DNA of 63,612 nt, the filler included, from Octopus bimaculoides (Eukaryota): assembly GCF_001194135.2 (NCBI RefSeq). It is 7 parts of 7 records of this genome, joined end to end, with 100 filler letters (N's around TTAATTAATTAA, not from the genome) between each part and the next. Parts side by side here need not be neighbours in the genome. Positions count along the whole stretch, not along the records: positions 43,569 to 58,106 come from NC_068993.1; positions 58,207 to 63,612 come from NC_068997.1; 5 more parts are not named here. One strand, written 5' to 3'. The translations under genes were made by a program, and so were the position numbers. Within the stretch, counting starts at the first letter, position 1, and each line of letters begins with the position of its first letter. This document shows positions 49,540 to 61,290 of the stretch, piece after piece. The notes under the pieces were generated by a model. That model saw only the letters and a list, made by a program, of their open reading frames with translations, was not told where the DNA came from and ran no database searches.

Positions 49540-50275
49540 AAGATGTGGGCAAAGTGATGAAAAATGATCTTCAGATGCTGAACCTCACAGCAGAGATGAC
49601 AAAGGACTGTGACAATTATTGATTTGCCGTGCTTCAGAAGACCCATCCAGTGAAAGTAAAAGTGAGGCTGTAGAGGCATGTTGCCCCTACCTCCAAACAA
49701 AAACTGATGAATATCTCTCCCATCCAACTACTCATCTTTCAACACCACCCCTCCCCTTCCTCAGACTTACAATCTGTTGTATTCCTCTTCATCTATTCCT
49801 CACAAACCTACCTGCATGCAATATGTTCCTTTCAGCAATCCCTCCACTCTCTGTCTTTCCTTTTGCAATTTCAAAATCTTACCCACCCTATGCTTTCCAA
49901 TCCCCAATCCCCTTTACTATATGCATCTCCCTGTAACTTAGGGGTACAACCCCACCACTGTCTCATCTTCATCATCTCTCTCTTTCCTCTCTACCTATGG
50001 CAGCCTTGTTACTTCTGTACTACAAGTCACTTTTTCCAATACTGCTCACTACCTCAGTGGAGAGGTCTTGACCAGCAAGTTACTTGGTGACCTCACTGCT
50101 GCTGGTGCCACATAAAACCACCCAGTACAATCTGTAAAATGGTTGGCATTAGGAAAGGCATTCAGCTACAGAAACCATGTCAAAGTGGACAGCAAAGCTT
50201 GATGCAGCCTTGCTAGTTCCTGTTGAACCATCCAAATTCTGCCAGCATGGAAGGTTGGCATTAAATGATGATGAG
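49540..50275 (+). mobile_element. RTE C-terminus, pyrimidine-rich 3' UTR and 3' end
   Basis: GKVMKNDLQMLNLTAEMTKD-like end, CT-rich tract, GGTGCCACATAAAAC, GCCAGCATGGAA..GATGAT. Confidence 0.65.
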
Positions 50276-51937
50276 AGGAAGGATGTAATTGGAGAGAGAT
50301 TTGACTGCTATTTCTAGCAGGTCGAGAGATCATGTCGAAGCATCCTTGAAATAATATTGGTGACCAAAAAAGGAAGCAGGTTTATGAATTATTCTCTTCC
50401 AAATTTGTGGACTTGGCCAGAGCCCAAAGGTTACAGTAAAAGCAAACTTTTACTCTGCAGTTAATAGCGTACATACTCATACACAGTGATAGAAATAGGG
50501 CAGTGCATGCAGGGAGAGACTGTGTTCGCCTACATCTCAACTCACCTTCACAAACTCTCGGACCATAGCGTACCCCTTGTTCCTATTCCTTTTATCTATC
50601 ACAGTTCACGCACATTGTTGGTGAAGTAGCAACTAGTCAGGAGATTGATGTAGTAGCCGTGTAGCCAACCTATTTCTGGGATGAGTAGATGGGGTAGTAT
50701 TGTTATAATAACGTTGTAGCTCTGATTTTCCAAGCAGTAGCAATAACTGGTAGGATCAGCGAACAGCTTTGAACGAAATAAAACCTTGAGAAACAAGTTC
50801 TCTCCCATGTATTTTATGAATTTTCGAATCTTTCTCCCTGTTATAGACTAATTCATGCAATCTTAATGTTTTCAGGGGAAAATCGATATGATATTACAAT
50901 CAAAATTACATTAATAGATTATAGAAAATATCCCTTCTATTTGGTAGTGATAGGTAAGTAAATAATATGAACAACTAGTCTCGAAATTAATGCCGCGAGC
51001 TTCACTTTAGCTATGACCATGTTTAGAAGTAACGTGCAACACATTAGTATAAGGGAAGTAACTCTAAAAAACTGCGTGACTAGGGAATCGGAAGTGAGAT
51101 ATGTAAATAATGTTGGAAAGAAATGTTTTTAGAGCTACTTTTTTTATTTTTTTATTTATTAATAGTATTAATAAGCATGGAGCTAACTTGTATATAACCA
51201 TATAAATGATTTATATGGGAATCATAATACATCTTACTTGCGGATGGAAGTGTAAGACATGATTAAGTCATAATTACTTAACTCTAGAGATGTGACTGAG
51301 AGAATCTATTGTTAATGCGCAACAAAGAATAACAAAAGTTATCTCGACGAAAAATTAGGAGAGAGCGAAAATTATAACGACAATAATACATGCAAGTTCG
51401 TTTGTGTGTGTCATTTCGTTTGGTTAGGCAAAAGGCCAAAATTTCTAGGATATATTCAAATTAATAAATACTGTAATATCCTCCATTTTCAAAATTACTG
51501 GCCAACAACCTGTAAAACTTATCAGAATATTTTCGAAGTTATTTACTGCTAAACGAGATATTTTATAATAAATAATAATAATATATATATTATGAACAAC
51601 AAAACAGCAATAATGATAATAGTAGAGGAAGATATAGTTTAACAGAGAATTCTCTTGCGCGTTACTATCCCAGTAGACAATTGTACTAGTTGTTGTCAAG
51701 AAATCTTATCTTTATTTTTAAAAAGTACAGGAGAATATTAATCCCGTAAAGTTTCTAATAAGACGTCAAAATTCGTTTGGTGAGGTTAAAGTTATGAGCA
51801 GCTTATTTTTTAATAGTTTAATGTAAACAAAGAGACAAGGTAAAATCGTTCACATCTAGCTTTACATATTATTGGTTACTAAACGACTAAAAGTATAGTT
51901 CTGAGATAACATAACGTCACTAAATAGACTATAGTTA

Positions 51938-52504
51938 TCATTTCTCACCTCTAAAAGAAGAAAAAGAACGTATAAGGGCTAATATCTGAGTAAACAATGA
52001 AATATTATAACATCTTACCTCGACACAACTGTCCTGTTTGGTTGTGGCAACGTGGCCCTGGCGTGCCAAAACAAGTCCGCGATCGACTCCCAGGTCGCAT
52101 ACAGACCAGTAAGTGTAATCTCCTGTATCCACTTCAGCTTTGATCTGTCCGAATTCATCACCCGAACTGCCGTCTAAAATCAGCACTCGACCAGCAGATT
52201 TTCCGAAGAACGTAGGGACTGCTAATCTTCCGGGAATATAAGCTTCGTCGTTCCATTGTTTACCAAGACAAGAAAGTTGTCGACCGTACGCACTTTGGAG
52301 ACAACAAACACCTCCCAAGTAACAGTCTGGTAACTTTAGACGTCCGACACACAACCCTGCTAAAGTGTATTTCGAGACACAACTTTCCTCTTCAGCTACA
52401 CAAAGATGATTATCAGGTGTCATAGTCATATCGGATATGCTGTATTCGCATACGAATTCTGTGACAAGTTTTGCTATTCTCGGAGCAGGAACGACTTTTG
52501 CCAT
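51938..52504 (-). CDS. NHL-like beta-propeller protein (188-aa ORF, or a 162-codon exon ending at the donor at 52018)
   Basis: Unique, non-repetitive ORF in AT-rich flanks; ATG in aataATGG context; blade-like motifs ISDMTMTPDNHLCVAE, GRVLILDGSSG, WSVCDLGVDRGLVLA; a phase-0 donor GAG|gtaaga at 52019/52018. Confidence 0.7.
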   Translation of the reverse strand: MAKVVPAPRIAKLVTEFVCEYSISDMTMTPDNHLCVAEEESCVSKYTLAGLCVGRLKLPDCYLGGVCCLQSAYGRQLSCLGKQWNDEAYIPGRLAVPTFFGKSAGRVLILDGSSGDEFGQIKAEVDTGDYTYWSVCDLGVDRGLVLARQGHVATTKQDSCVEVRCYNISLFTQILALIRSFSSFRGEK

Positions 52505-53254
52505 TATTAGGAAATAGATTTATACTATTCTTTAGCTTTGTATATTTACTCAAGCATATAAATATATATGCATTCATGTATATGTAAATGTTTAAGTAAT
52601 GTATGGAAATAAGAAGGAAGAAGCTGCGAAATTTCGAAGTTTTGAGACAAGGGAAATAACTCTACACTACTTTAACAATCCCTTTCGTCTCTATTTCCGG
52701 TGTTCTCTTGTGCTTTCCTTATAATATAGTTCCTGATAAATTTTATTACAATACATTAATTGAATATTCTAATAAAATGACCGATTTCTTATTTCTAACT
52801 AGGTACCTGCATCTTACTTTTAAACAAGACTCTTAGAAATATTACTTTGGCTGTGTTTTACAAATATTGGAAGACTTTATAGAATCTGCTCAAAACATAT
52901 TAAATGGCAAGAAATTGTTCCATGCTAATTATTCCAGGAATCTATGTGTTTAGACTTAACTGAAAACAATGTGAATGTAAGTCACAGCTAAAAGAGTCAT
53001 AAATAAAAGCTATAAAAACTATAAATAAGGTATTAAAACATTACTGCAATTATTTTCGTTAAATTTTCGAATATAATTTATGATTATATTATATTATGAT
53101 TTAGGTAATTTGATAATTACATATACAATACGTGTGTATATGATGCATATATAATACAAAATATAAATCCCAAGCCGAAAAAAACACAAACATGAGTGAA
53201 GAAAGAAAAAAAGGAAACGAAGAAAGAAAAAAAGCATCAATTCAACACCAAGTG

Positions 53255-53765
53255 TCTTAATTGGTCGCACACCACAAGGTTCTACGGAACCTACTGAAGT
53301 AAGCCAACACGCACGAGGCATTACTACGGGCGGTGGCGAGGCTAAGGTGTTAGAAAAACCAAGCAACCTCACAGACATCACCTGACACCTTGGTAGGGTG
53401 AACCGTCAACGATGAAAAGAACTCCGCTCTCAGCGGCCCAGCTCCTCCAAACGTCTTAAACGCCATAGGCTGGAAGTACCGGTTCACTGACGAGTCCTGA
53501 TACTGAACGATTTTCTTTCTTTTGGCTAGGGAAGCAGTGACCCTCCCATTTACCGCAGCATCCAGGGTGTGGAAAGGAATAAAAGAGTCACAGACTGGCA
53601 TCTCAGGTGAGGCACCTATCTCTTACCCAGGAACAAAGGGTTTAGACCACCTCATCTCTTCCCATCACTTCTGGATAATCCCGCCAGCTGCAGCACTGAG
53701 AAGACATTAAGCCGAGCCAGGGGATCACTTTTTCCAACAAAACAATTCTCGTTAGCTGCCCATGT
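53255..53765 (-). mobile_element. CRE/SLACS-like non-LTR element 3' fragment (restriction-like endonuclease)
   Basis: GLSRSDGKR*GG, TLCSWVRDRCLT*DA, KRKKIVQY...FQPMAFKTFGG, FF*HLSLATARSNASCVL match the RPDG..PW..G..L.WD...K..KY...P.A.ET.G...QRLS.A..RGNA pattern. Confidence 0.75.
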
Positions 53766-53959
53766 AAAACATTTTTATAGATTTATTTGTACAGCGAATA
53801 ATAACTCTAGAGAAGGTCATTTTCCAATATATTTGAAAATTCAGCACCCACACCCTACTTGCGAGGCCATTTTAGCAGCATTATAGAACCTCTGGCAAAC
53901 TAATGCACTTGGTCCTACAGTATTTATTACTGTTATTTATCTTTTCCTTGATTCAGTAA

Positions 53960-54292
53960 TTAGACTGCGGCTATGCCGAGGCAGTGTCTCGAACAATTTT
54001 CAATCGAATGAATCAATCCCTGTCCTTTTTTTTTCTTTTTTTAAGCCTGGTACTTATTCTATCGGTCTCTTTTGCCAAACCGCCAAGTTACGGTGACGTA
54101 AACACACCAACACCGCTTGTCAAGCAGTGGTCGGAACACACAGACAACGTGCACACACACGCACACACACACTCACACTCACATATACACACACACGTAT
54201 ATACGATGGGCTTCTCTCAGTTTTCGTCTACCAAAATTCACTCACAAAGCTTTGGTCGGCCCGAAGTTATAGCAGAATACACTTGCCGAAGC
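53960..54292 (-). mobile_element. tRNA-SINE family 1 (head largely missing)
   Basis: GGTACTTATTCTATCGGTCTCTTTTGCC, CTTGTCAAGC, TCACTCACAAAGCTTTGGTCGGCCCG. Confidence 0.8.
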
Positions 54293-54736
54293 TGCCACTT
54301 CTATTTCATTCTTATTTTTACAAGCCGCAATATACGTAGAATAGAACAAGGCCCCTAAACCCGTGAGACTCCTGAGCGCCTGCCCATTGTGTCCATCCCT
54401 TAAAAGAGCACCGGCTATCCGTACAGTTGACGATCAGCGTATGTAAACTAAAAAGAAAACTTTTCGTTTTCAGAAAAAAACATGGGGTTTCAAGACAGAA
54501 AGTATAGTTTGCAAGTGTAAAAATAAAACCACCAACAGTCACTGTGACTGACATGCTGTTGATATTGTTTTTCTTAAAATATCGACTTCTCGACATTAAA
54601 CATTCCATCCCTTCTATTTTTAAAGACTATCAACTCTAAACTCCTATGATAACACGTAGGAGTGTGTCCCAATACCGAAAAGGTCAACGTCTTTAAATCT
54701 GCCCATTATTGTAGGACTGGCGCTTATACATACATA

Positions 54737-54823
<87 letters not shown>

Positions 54824-54826
54824 ACC

Positions 54827-54858
<32 letters not shown>

Positions 54859-56623
54859 CCTACGCTGAACTGTTGAGAAATCTACAGTTACTCAACCCAA
54901 ATTACAAGTTCAGGTTTATACCTGCAATTATTGGGGCACTGCAATGTGTAACACACTGCCTAAATACCAATCCTGAGAAATTCACAAAACCAGAAAGGAA
55001 AAAGCTGATTCATGTACATGTTTAGATATGTAACTATATGCATGAGAATACATGCATAAAATAAAACATACAAATTTGTACCTGCACTGACTCCTAATAC
55101 TGCACACATACTCATATACGTGCAAAAATAGCTTGGTGATGTTGTTGAAATTCCAATGAAGGAGCCTTAGGTTTAAATCAGAAACCGGCTCTTTCGCTAT
55201 TGGCAATAAATTTTGAAATAAAACTGAATAATGAAATACATATACACGTTATTTTCTGGAATCGATTTAAGCTATTGTAGCTCCTTCCTCAACCCCCAAA
55301 AGATTGTGGATTTGTAGTATTATTAGAAGTTATGGTTAAACTGACAGAATAAAGAGGTGAACAGCAGAAGCTATAGAATGTTTTGTTACCAAATATAAGT
55401 CAGTTTTTGGTTTCGTCCTTCTAAGTTCTGGGTTCAGCTCTTGCCGAAGTCGACCTCACTTTCTAACCTTTTGTGTTCGGTAGCATCTGTTGGCACAGTA
55501 TACTCGAATGTTTAAGAAGTTAGCTTCGTAATCACGAGATACAGGTTTCGATTCCACTGCGTGATATTTTCTGTTGGGCCATACTTTGAAAATGAAATTC
55601 AACAGATGGAAACGTATAGAGGCTTCTCGGGTGGATTGTACCTGTGATTCAAAAAGTAAAGCTTTGCACTCATTCTGTCAGGCTGATTCTTGTTGAGAAT
55701 TACGTTAAAGGTATATGGGTCTGTAGAATTCTCAGTCATTTACTCCTTAATTTAAGAGTAGGTAACACATTTGATCCAACAAAAGAATCCTATCGCTGAA
55801 CGACGAAGATCCACCAAAATAATAGTCAACTACAAGAATCGATTAAACGAATCAGACCTTTCTCTCAAAATGTGTCTTTCATTTGATATTGGTTTCAAAT
55901 TTTGGTACAAGGCCAGCAGTTTTGGGGGAAGTGGAGAGTCGGTTACATCGATGCCAATGCTTAAATAGTACTTACTATATCGACCCTTTAACTAATATTC
56001 CCAAACGGAAGCTGCTGGATTTTGACTCGTTGAACGCTCAGTAATTTGCATTGAGCAATTCCATATGCTCAAACCCTGCAAGACTAAATTTTATCTTTCA
56101 TTTCCTACCGATCGATAATATAAGTAGCAGTAATATACTAGAACTAATTCGATCAATTTTATTCCTTCCGCTACAGATGTGTGGCCTTACCCGAATATAA
56201 AAAAAATATTAGTACGGAAGGAGAAATCAATAAAATATTGTTAATTAAAGTTATTATAATGCATAAACAATGATCTTCCACAATTCAACCATAGTTTATT
56301 TAATAATGAAGGATTAAAAACTACATTTTACACAACTCAATATCTAATAGCTTTTATTATTCAGTTATTTTAAACTTGCATTATATAAACCCTGTTAAAT
56401 GCTGAGCTGTATAAAACATTTTAAAAAATCCTTTATACAATTATACTTGAAAAGTGGCAAAAACCGTTGCTTATGAACTATAATTATTGTAAGTGCAATA
56501 TGATTTAAATTTCAGTGATGGCGTAGAGTGAGGTTTTTCTCTTTTCAACAGGAATGATATATAAGCATGGATGTGATCAGAAACTCTAGAAACATTCAAT
56601 ACTCATGCTGTGTCAAAATTTAG

Positions 56624-56796
56624 CCATTTAGTATTCACATGACTCTGATAAATGTAATGCTTCATTATTCACATTATTTTGAATTACACATCATCTCATA
56701 GCTTTGAGATTTTGAAGCTGTGATTGTTTTAAAATGTCTTTGTAAAGTGTGAAAGGATGGATCTGGCTAGTTTAAGTTGGTTCAAATGCTAAAGGG
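56624..56796. mobile_element. piggyBac-like MITE
   Basis: TTAG|CCATTTAGTATT ... AATGCTAAAGGG|TTAA. Confidence 0.75.
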
Positions 56797-57639
56797 TTAA
56801 ATATATAAATGTCATAAACGGACATGACACCGGTTGTTTGCCTGTTTATACTTTTATTTTGTTATACAAGTCCCTACTCAATTGAAACACTGTTTATAAC
56901 TAATTATCGTTAGGCAGCTATAACATGCCGGCATTTTTAGTTGCAGTTCAAGTATAAATAATAAGGGTGAAAAATTGAATATTAATTTGATTAATATCAA
57001 TTTAAAACCAGTGGCCTAGCATATTGAAAAATCTGAAAATTCAGAAAAATTATATTGTGTATATATNNNNNNNNNNNNNNNNNNNNNNNNNNNNNNNNNN
57101 NNNNNNNNNNNNNNNNNNNNNNNNNNNNNNNNNNNNNNNNNNNNNNNNNNNNNNNNNNNNNNNNNNNNNNNNNNNNNNNNNNNNNNNNNNNNNNNNNNNN
57201 NNNNNNNNNNNNNNNNNNNNNNNNNNNNNNNNNNNNNNNNNNNNNNNNNNNNNTGAATAATAAATTTTTGAAAAATTATGGAAAAATAAAATTTTGGTAA
57301 ATTTAATAGAAAAGTCTTTTTAAAGACATATTTATATAGTATTCAAATAACAGGGGCATTTTTCTTGTTTCTGCCTGCCTCTCTTTCACTTCTTAACTCT
57401 TGTGGGTTCGAAGAAGGAGTGCTATGATAGTAGCAGAGTGTTAATTGGTTGGGTGTCCTGACATTGACCTGTTGATGGTCGTAGTGATCTGTATTGTTTA
57501 TAATGTTTGCATATTACATAATACATGTAATATTACGTCTGTTGATTGAAAGTTATAAGGGCACACACACACATATAGACTCATACGTATAAAATAAGAA
57601 CGAGATTAAAAATGCACAAAATTTGTGTGTGTATGTGTG

Positions 57640-57825
57640 GTCGTCGCTGGCTTTATCTCGTATCCGAGAATTTAGTTTCTTCCTTGCACTTCATAGTAAA
57701 GGTGGTGGAAGACGAGGTTGATTTTGTCAAGCCTTTCTTTCCAGTTGTTTGATTTTGTTTTCTCTTCTGGTAGCTTCGAAGTTTTTGGTCCCGATAGTGA
57801 TGGAACATCGCCACTTGGTACGGGC
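57640..57825 (-). mobile_element. Possible RTE (BovB-type) ORF2 C-terminal relic
   Basis: WRCSITIGTKNFEATRRENKIKQLERKA resembles the WR..I..G...FE..R.....KR..RK tail; the zinc-finger remnant is frameshifted. Confidence 0.4.
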
Positions 57826-58023
57826 TTGTATTTCAAATGATATATTTGATTAAAACAAATTTTATTTTTTGACATAAGAGATAAATACTTTTATCATATA
57901 TTTATATATATGAATGTAAAAATACAAAAATCCTTTCACATGACAAAATTTTTTTCATGTTACATTTTTACAGTAAATGTGATAGTTTATGTTTACACAA
58001 TGTGGTTTTTACACACACTGCAT

Positions 58024-58073
<50 letters not shown>

Positions 58074-58934
58074 CAGAGAAAGAATTCACATAATGAAATT
58101 TCTCGTNNNNNNNNNNNNNNNNNNNNNNNNNNNNNNNNNNNNNNNNNNNNTTAATTAATTAANNNNNNNNNNNNNNNNNNNNNNNNNNNNNNNNNNNNNN
58201 NNNNNNCCGTAAAAAAGTGGATTTAAAAAATAAATCGGAAAATATGTCGACCCTTGAACATGAACTCAAGGACGTCACTAAAAACAACACATCTTAATAG
58301 TAATCCAAAATAGCTTTTCCCTCACAAAATGATTTGAATCGTTACATCTGGAGACACTATTGTTATTAACAAAAGTGTAAGTAGAATTGTAGGCCCAAAT
58401 ATCGTTTCATGGTTGTTTGAATTTTAGAGGGATCCATGAAATACACAGTTCATTTTCAAACCTCTCATTTTCCTGATGCGTTTATGGCGCTTCTCCGTTT
58501 CCAGGGCCCTATGAAAGTGAAACATTATTTTGAAGAAAAGCGATTTCATGGAAACAAAATACTTAATCTGTAATCATCGATTTACTATTAATCGCTCGAA
58601 TGCTTTTCTATTAAAATTTGATTTACTTCGGCTGCAGGCCTCATATCTAACCCAGACGTAAGAATAACAGAAGTATGTTAAAAAAATTTGACTTAGTGTG
58701 CCCGTGGTTAGTTTAAACGAAGGGAGTTTACATGGCTGCTGTCATCTCCTGTTTTGTTTTTGAGACTGTTTTCTCTTTGCTTTTATTCAGATTATATTTT
58801 CGCACAAAATACTCAGTATACCACGGAATATTCAGCTTTCTCCAAAAAATTCACAAAAGTGAAGTGAAAAAAATGCTAGTGTATTGGCAAAGACATAATA
58901 CCTTGCAGATTTTTTCTTTGCTTGGGGTAAGGTA

Positions 58935-59650
58935 TAGAAAAATAAAAAAAGCCTAATGAAGAACCAGTAACAAGTGTCTCTTTTGAGAAGCTACTTGTAT
59001 TCCCAAATGCATCTGCAAAAAATAGGAGAAACATATCGCCTGAAGATATTGGAGATGAAAAGTCACCCACGGATATGGATAGCGAAGTGCAATCTTGGAA
59101 TCTAGACCGAGCCAGTTTGTTTTCGGCCAAAGAAAATTATGTGTCCATAATGAAGAACCCAGAATCTTGATGCCATTATAAAAAAAATAGTGAAGGAAAA
59201 CTGGATGGGCACTGCCATTATTTTAAAAATTTCAATATTTTATACTCTTTGTAACTATAGTGAGGAACGTTTGAGAAAGAGGGTTCTGTATAGCTCATCA
59301 AAAAAGTGTAGTTCATTGCTTTTACTTCCCCTTCCTTTTGATAATAAACCGCCGTGGTAGGTTTTGCAACAAGGAGACATTAATGACTGGAAAGACAACT
59401 GACGGGAAAATGAAAATGCATGAGCAAAACAAATGTCACAAATATTCTGTGTTGCAGTTGAATGTCTTATGCAGGGAATGTTCTCATTTTAATAGGGAGT
59501 TGCAAAAATAAGTGCAGGGAAACAAGAAATACTGAACTGAGATATTTCACAATGTTGTGGCTGTGACAATATTTCTATGTGATCCCATGATATCAGGCTG
59601 AGTAAAAAGTAAGCAATGTTTTGAAACGGGAAATTCATCACAGTATACTT
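58935..59650 (+). pseudogene. Decayed piggyBac-like transposase fragment
   Basis: LDAIIKKIVKEN, SEERLRKRVL, MSKTNVTNIL, YFTMLWL*QYFYVIP* resemble successive PGBD motifs; many stops; no TIRs seen. Confidence 0.45.
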
Positions 59651-59666
59651 CAACAATGCGGAAATT

Positions 59667-60548
59667 TTATTCATCAAAGTAAGTACCATTACAACCAGCA
59701 CATTTTTGCCAACGAGTTACATGTTTGTTTATTCCGGTAACAAAAAAATCTGGAGTTCTGGAGCTGATGAACTCTTTGAACGCACTTTCAGTATTGATTT
59801 GGTTCTTGAACTCTTTCTCAACGTACTTGAAAAAGTGGTAGTCGGTAGGAAAAAGGTCTGGGAAATAAGCTGGGTGGGGAAGAAATTTGTAGCCAAGTTT
59901 TTTTTTTTGTAAATTTGGGCGATTTCGTGGCAATATGTTTCTGCAGTAATGCCTTTTCCAGGTTTTAAGTGGTTATAGTTGATGAGTCTAGAAGTACATC
60001 ACCAAACAGTCACCATAACATTCTTTTTGAAAAGCTCGGGTTTAGGGAAGGTATTCGGTGCTTAATTTTGGTCCAACCACTGCTAAGAATGTTTTTTTAT
60101 TATTGTACAGAGCCCACTTTTCATCGCAAGTTACAATATGGTCGAAAAATGGATCAGTCTGATCAATCACGGAGAAGCGACGAGCAATTTCATATCTGCG
60201 CATTTTATGATTTTCATTCAAATCGTGTGGCACCCATTTTTTGATTTTCCGATCGCATGCAAATAGTTCCAGGCAGTTTCCTGGCTAACTTGAAGTTCTT
60301 TTGTTAGATCTCAAATAGTTTTACATGGGTCTTTCTCAATGATCACAGATGGGGCGTCCACTACGCTCACGATCTTCAAAGCTCAGACCTCCACAGAGAA
60401 ATTGTTTAAACCATTTTCGAGCTGACTACTCACTAGTCTTTTCCTCACCATACGTTTCGTTGATAGCACGAGCGGTTTCAGTTGCTTTACATCCTTTTTT
60501 GAAGTTGAATAGCAAACTTGCTCGAATATCGCGATTTGACAGTTCCAT
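59667..60548 (-). pseudogene. Frameshifted mariner transposase
   Basis: MELSNRDIRASLLFNFKKGCKATETARAINETYG, PHDLNENHK, IVTCDEKWALYNN, LPHPAYFPDLFPTDYHFF, RWQKCAGCNGTYFDE*. Confidence 0.92.
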
Positions 60549-60719
60549 TTCAGATGATTGTAATAACGATTTCTTTATTGCCCACAAGGGGCCAAACATA
60601 GAAGGACGGTACAAATGAGGGGTCGATGGTACGCATGGTTTTTACACAGAGATGAAAAGTTAAAAATTTCTATAGATCGAATGATAAACAAAACAAATAC
60701 ATAAAAAATGAAGTGAGGG

Positions 60720-61290
60720 ACGGGTTTTGCTTCGACCCTGCAATGAAAGGTTACCACTGTAACCTTTAGTATAACTTTATGGATACACTATGTGGGTTCA
60801 TTCATTCGCAACAAACTCGCCACAGCCTTCCGTCTTTTTCCATATACATCAAGTGACAGGCATTTTCTCTCCACCTTTATTTTCCGATTAAGGAGGTAGA
60901 TGAGGTAATGGACCAGTCCAAGGCTGGAGATGAATGTGCCAGCCATGATTCCGTTCACGCGGGTCTTCCATACCGCTTCTTTCGCTATAGCGACCACAGC
61001 GAGAAAACAAGCCTTGCCTTGTCGACTCGGAACACAGTTGTACTCTTCCCAGCCGTGACAGCAGATGTTCAACGTAAACCCACATCTCATAGAATTTGGA
61101 GCATTGCACAATTGCGTGCAGAACGGTTTCCCTGTTCTGCTCGCATCCCGGGCAGGTGGGGGTGCAACGGGCACCATGCCTTGCGAGTTTATCGCGAACT
61201 AGTAAACCTCCTCAGCAACACTGCCAACTTGATCAGCTACGAACGGGAGCACGTTCTACATATCTTCTACAATTCTTAGCTTCTTCCACC
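60720..61290 (-). mobile_element. L1/Tx1-clade LINE 3' fragment with RT C-terminal zinc knuckle
   Basis: LVRDKLARHG...CPGCEQNRETVLHAIVQC...WVYVEHLLSRLGRVQL, then (frameshift) VVAIAKEAVWKTR...LNRKIKVERK; stop at 60788. Confidence 0.8.

Noticed and set aside
50599-50837. 69-aa ORF MGENLFLK... as exon 2 of the beta-propeller gene
   Set aside because: A phase-0 splice from 52019 into the 50837 acceptor stops after 7 codons, and the open frame needs phase 1; no propeller motifs.
57330-57510. Possible minus-strand terminal exon DHYDHQQVNVRTPNQL...APVI*
   Set aside because: Short open frame with a weak acceptor, no family motif and no linked exon.
24108-58162. Six regularly recurring TTAATTAATTAA motifs
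   Set aside because: Each is flanked by 44 Ns and is a six-frame stop linker inserted during scaffolding. Adjacency across these joins is not guaranteed.
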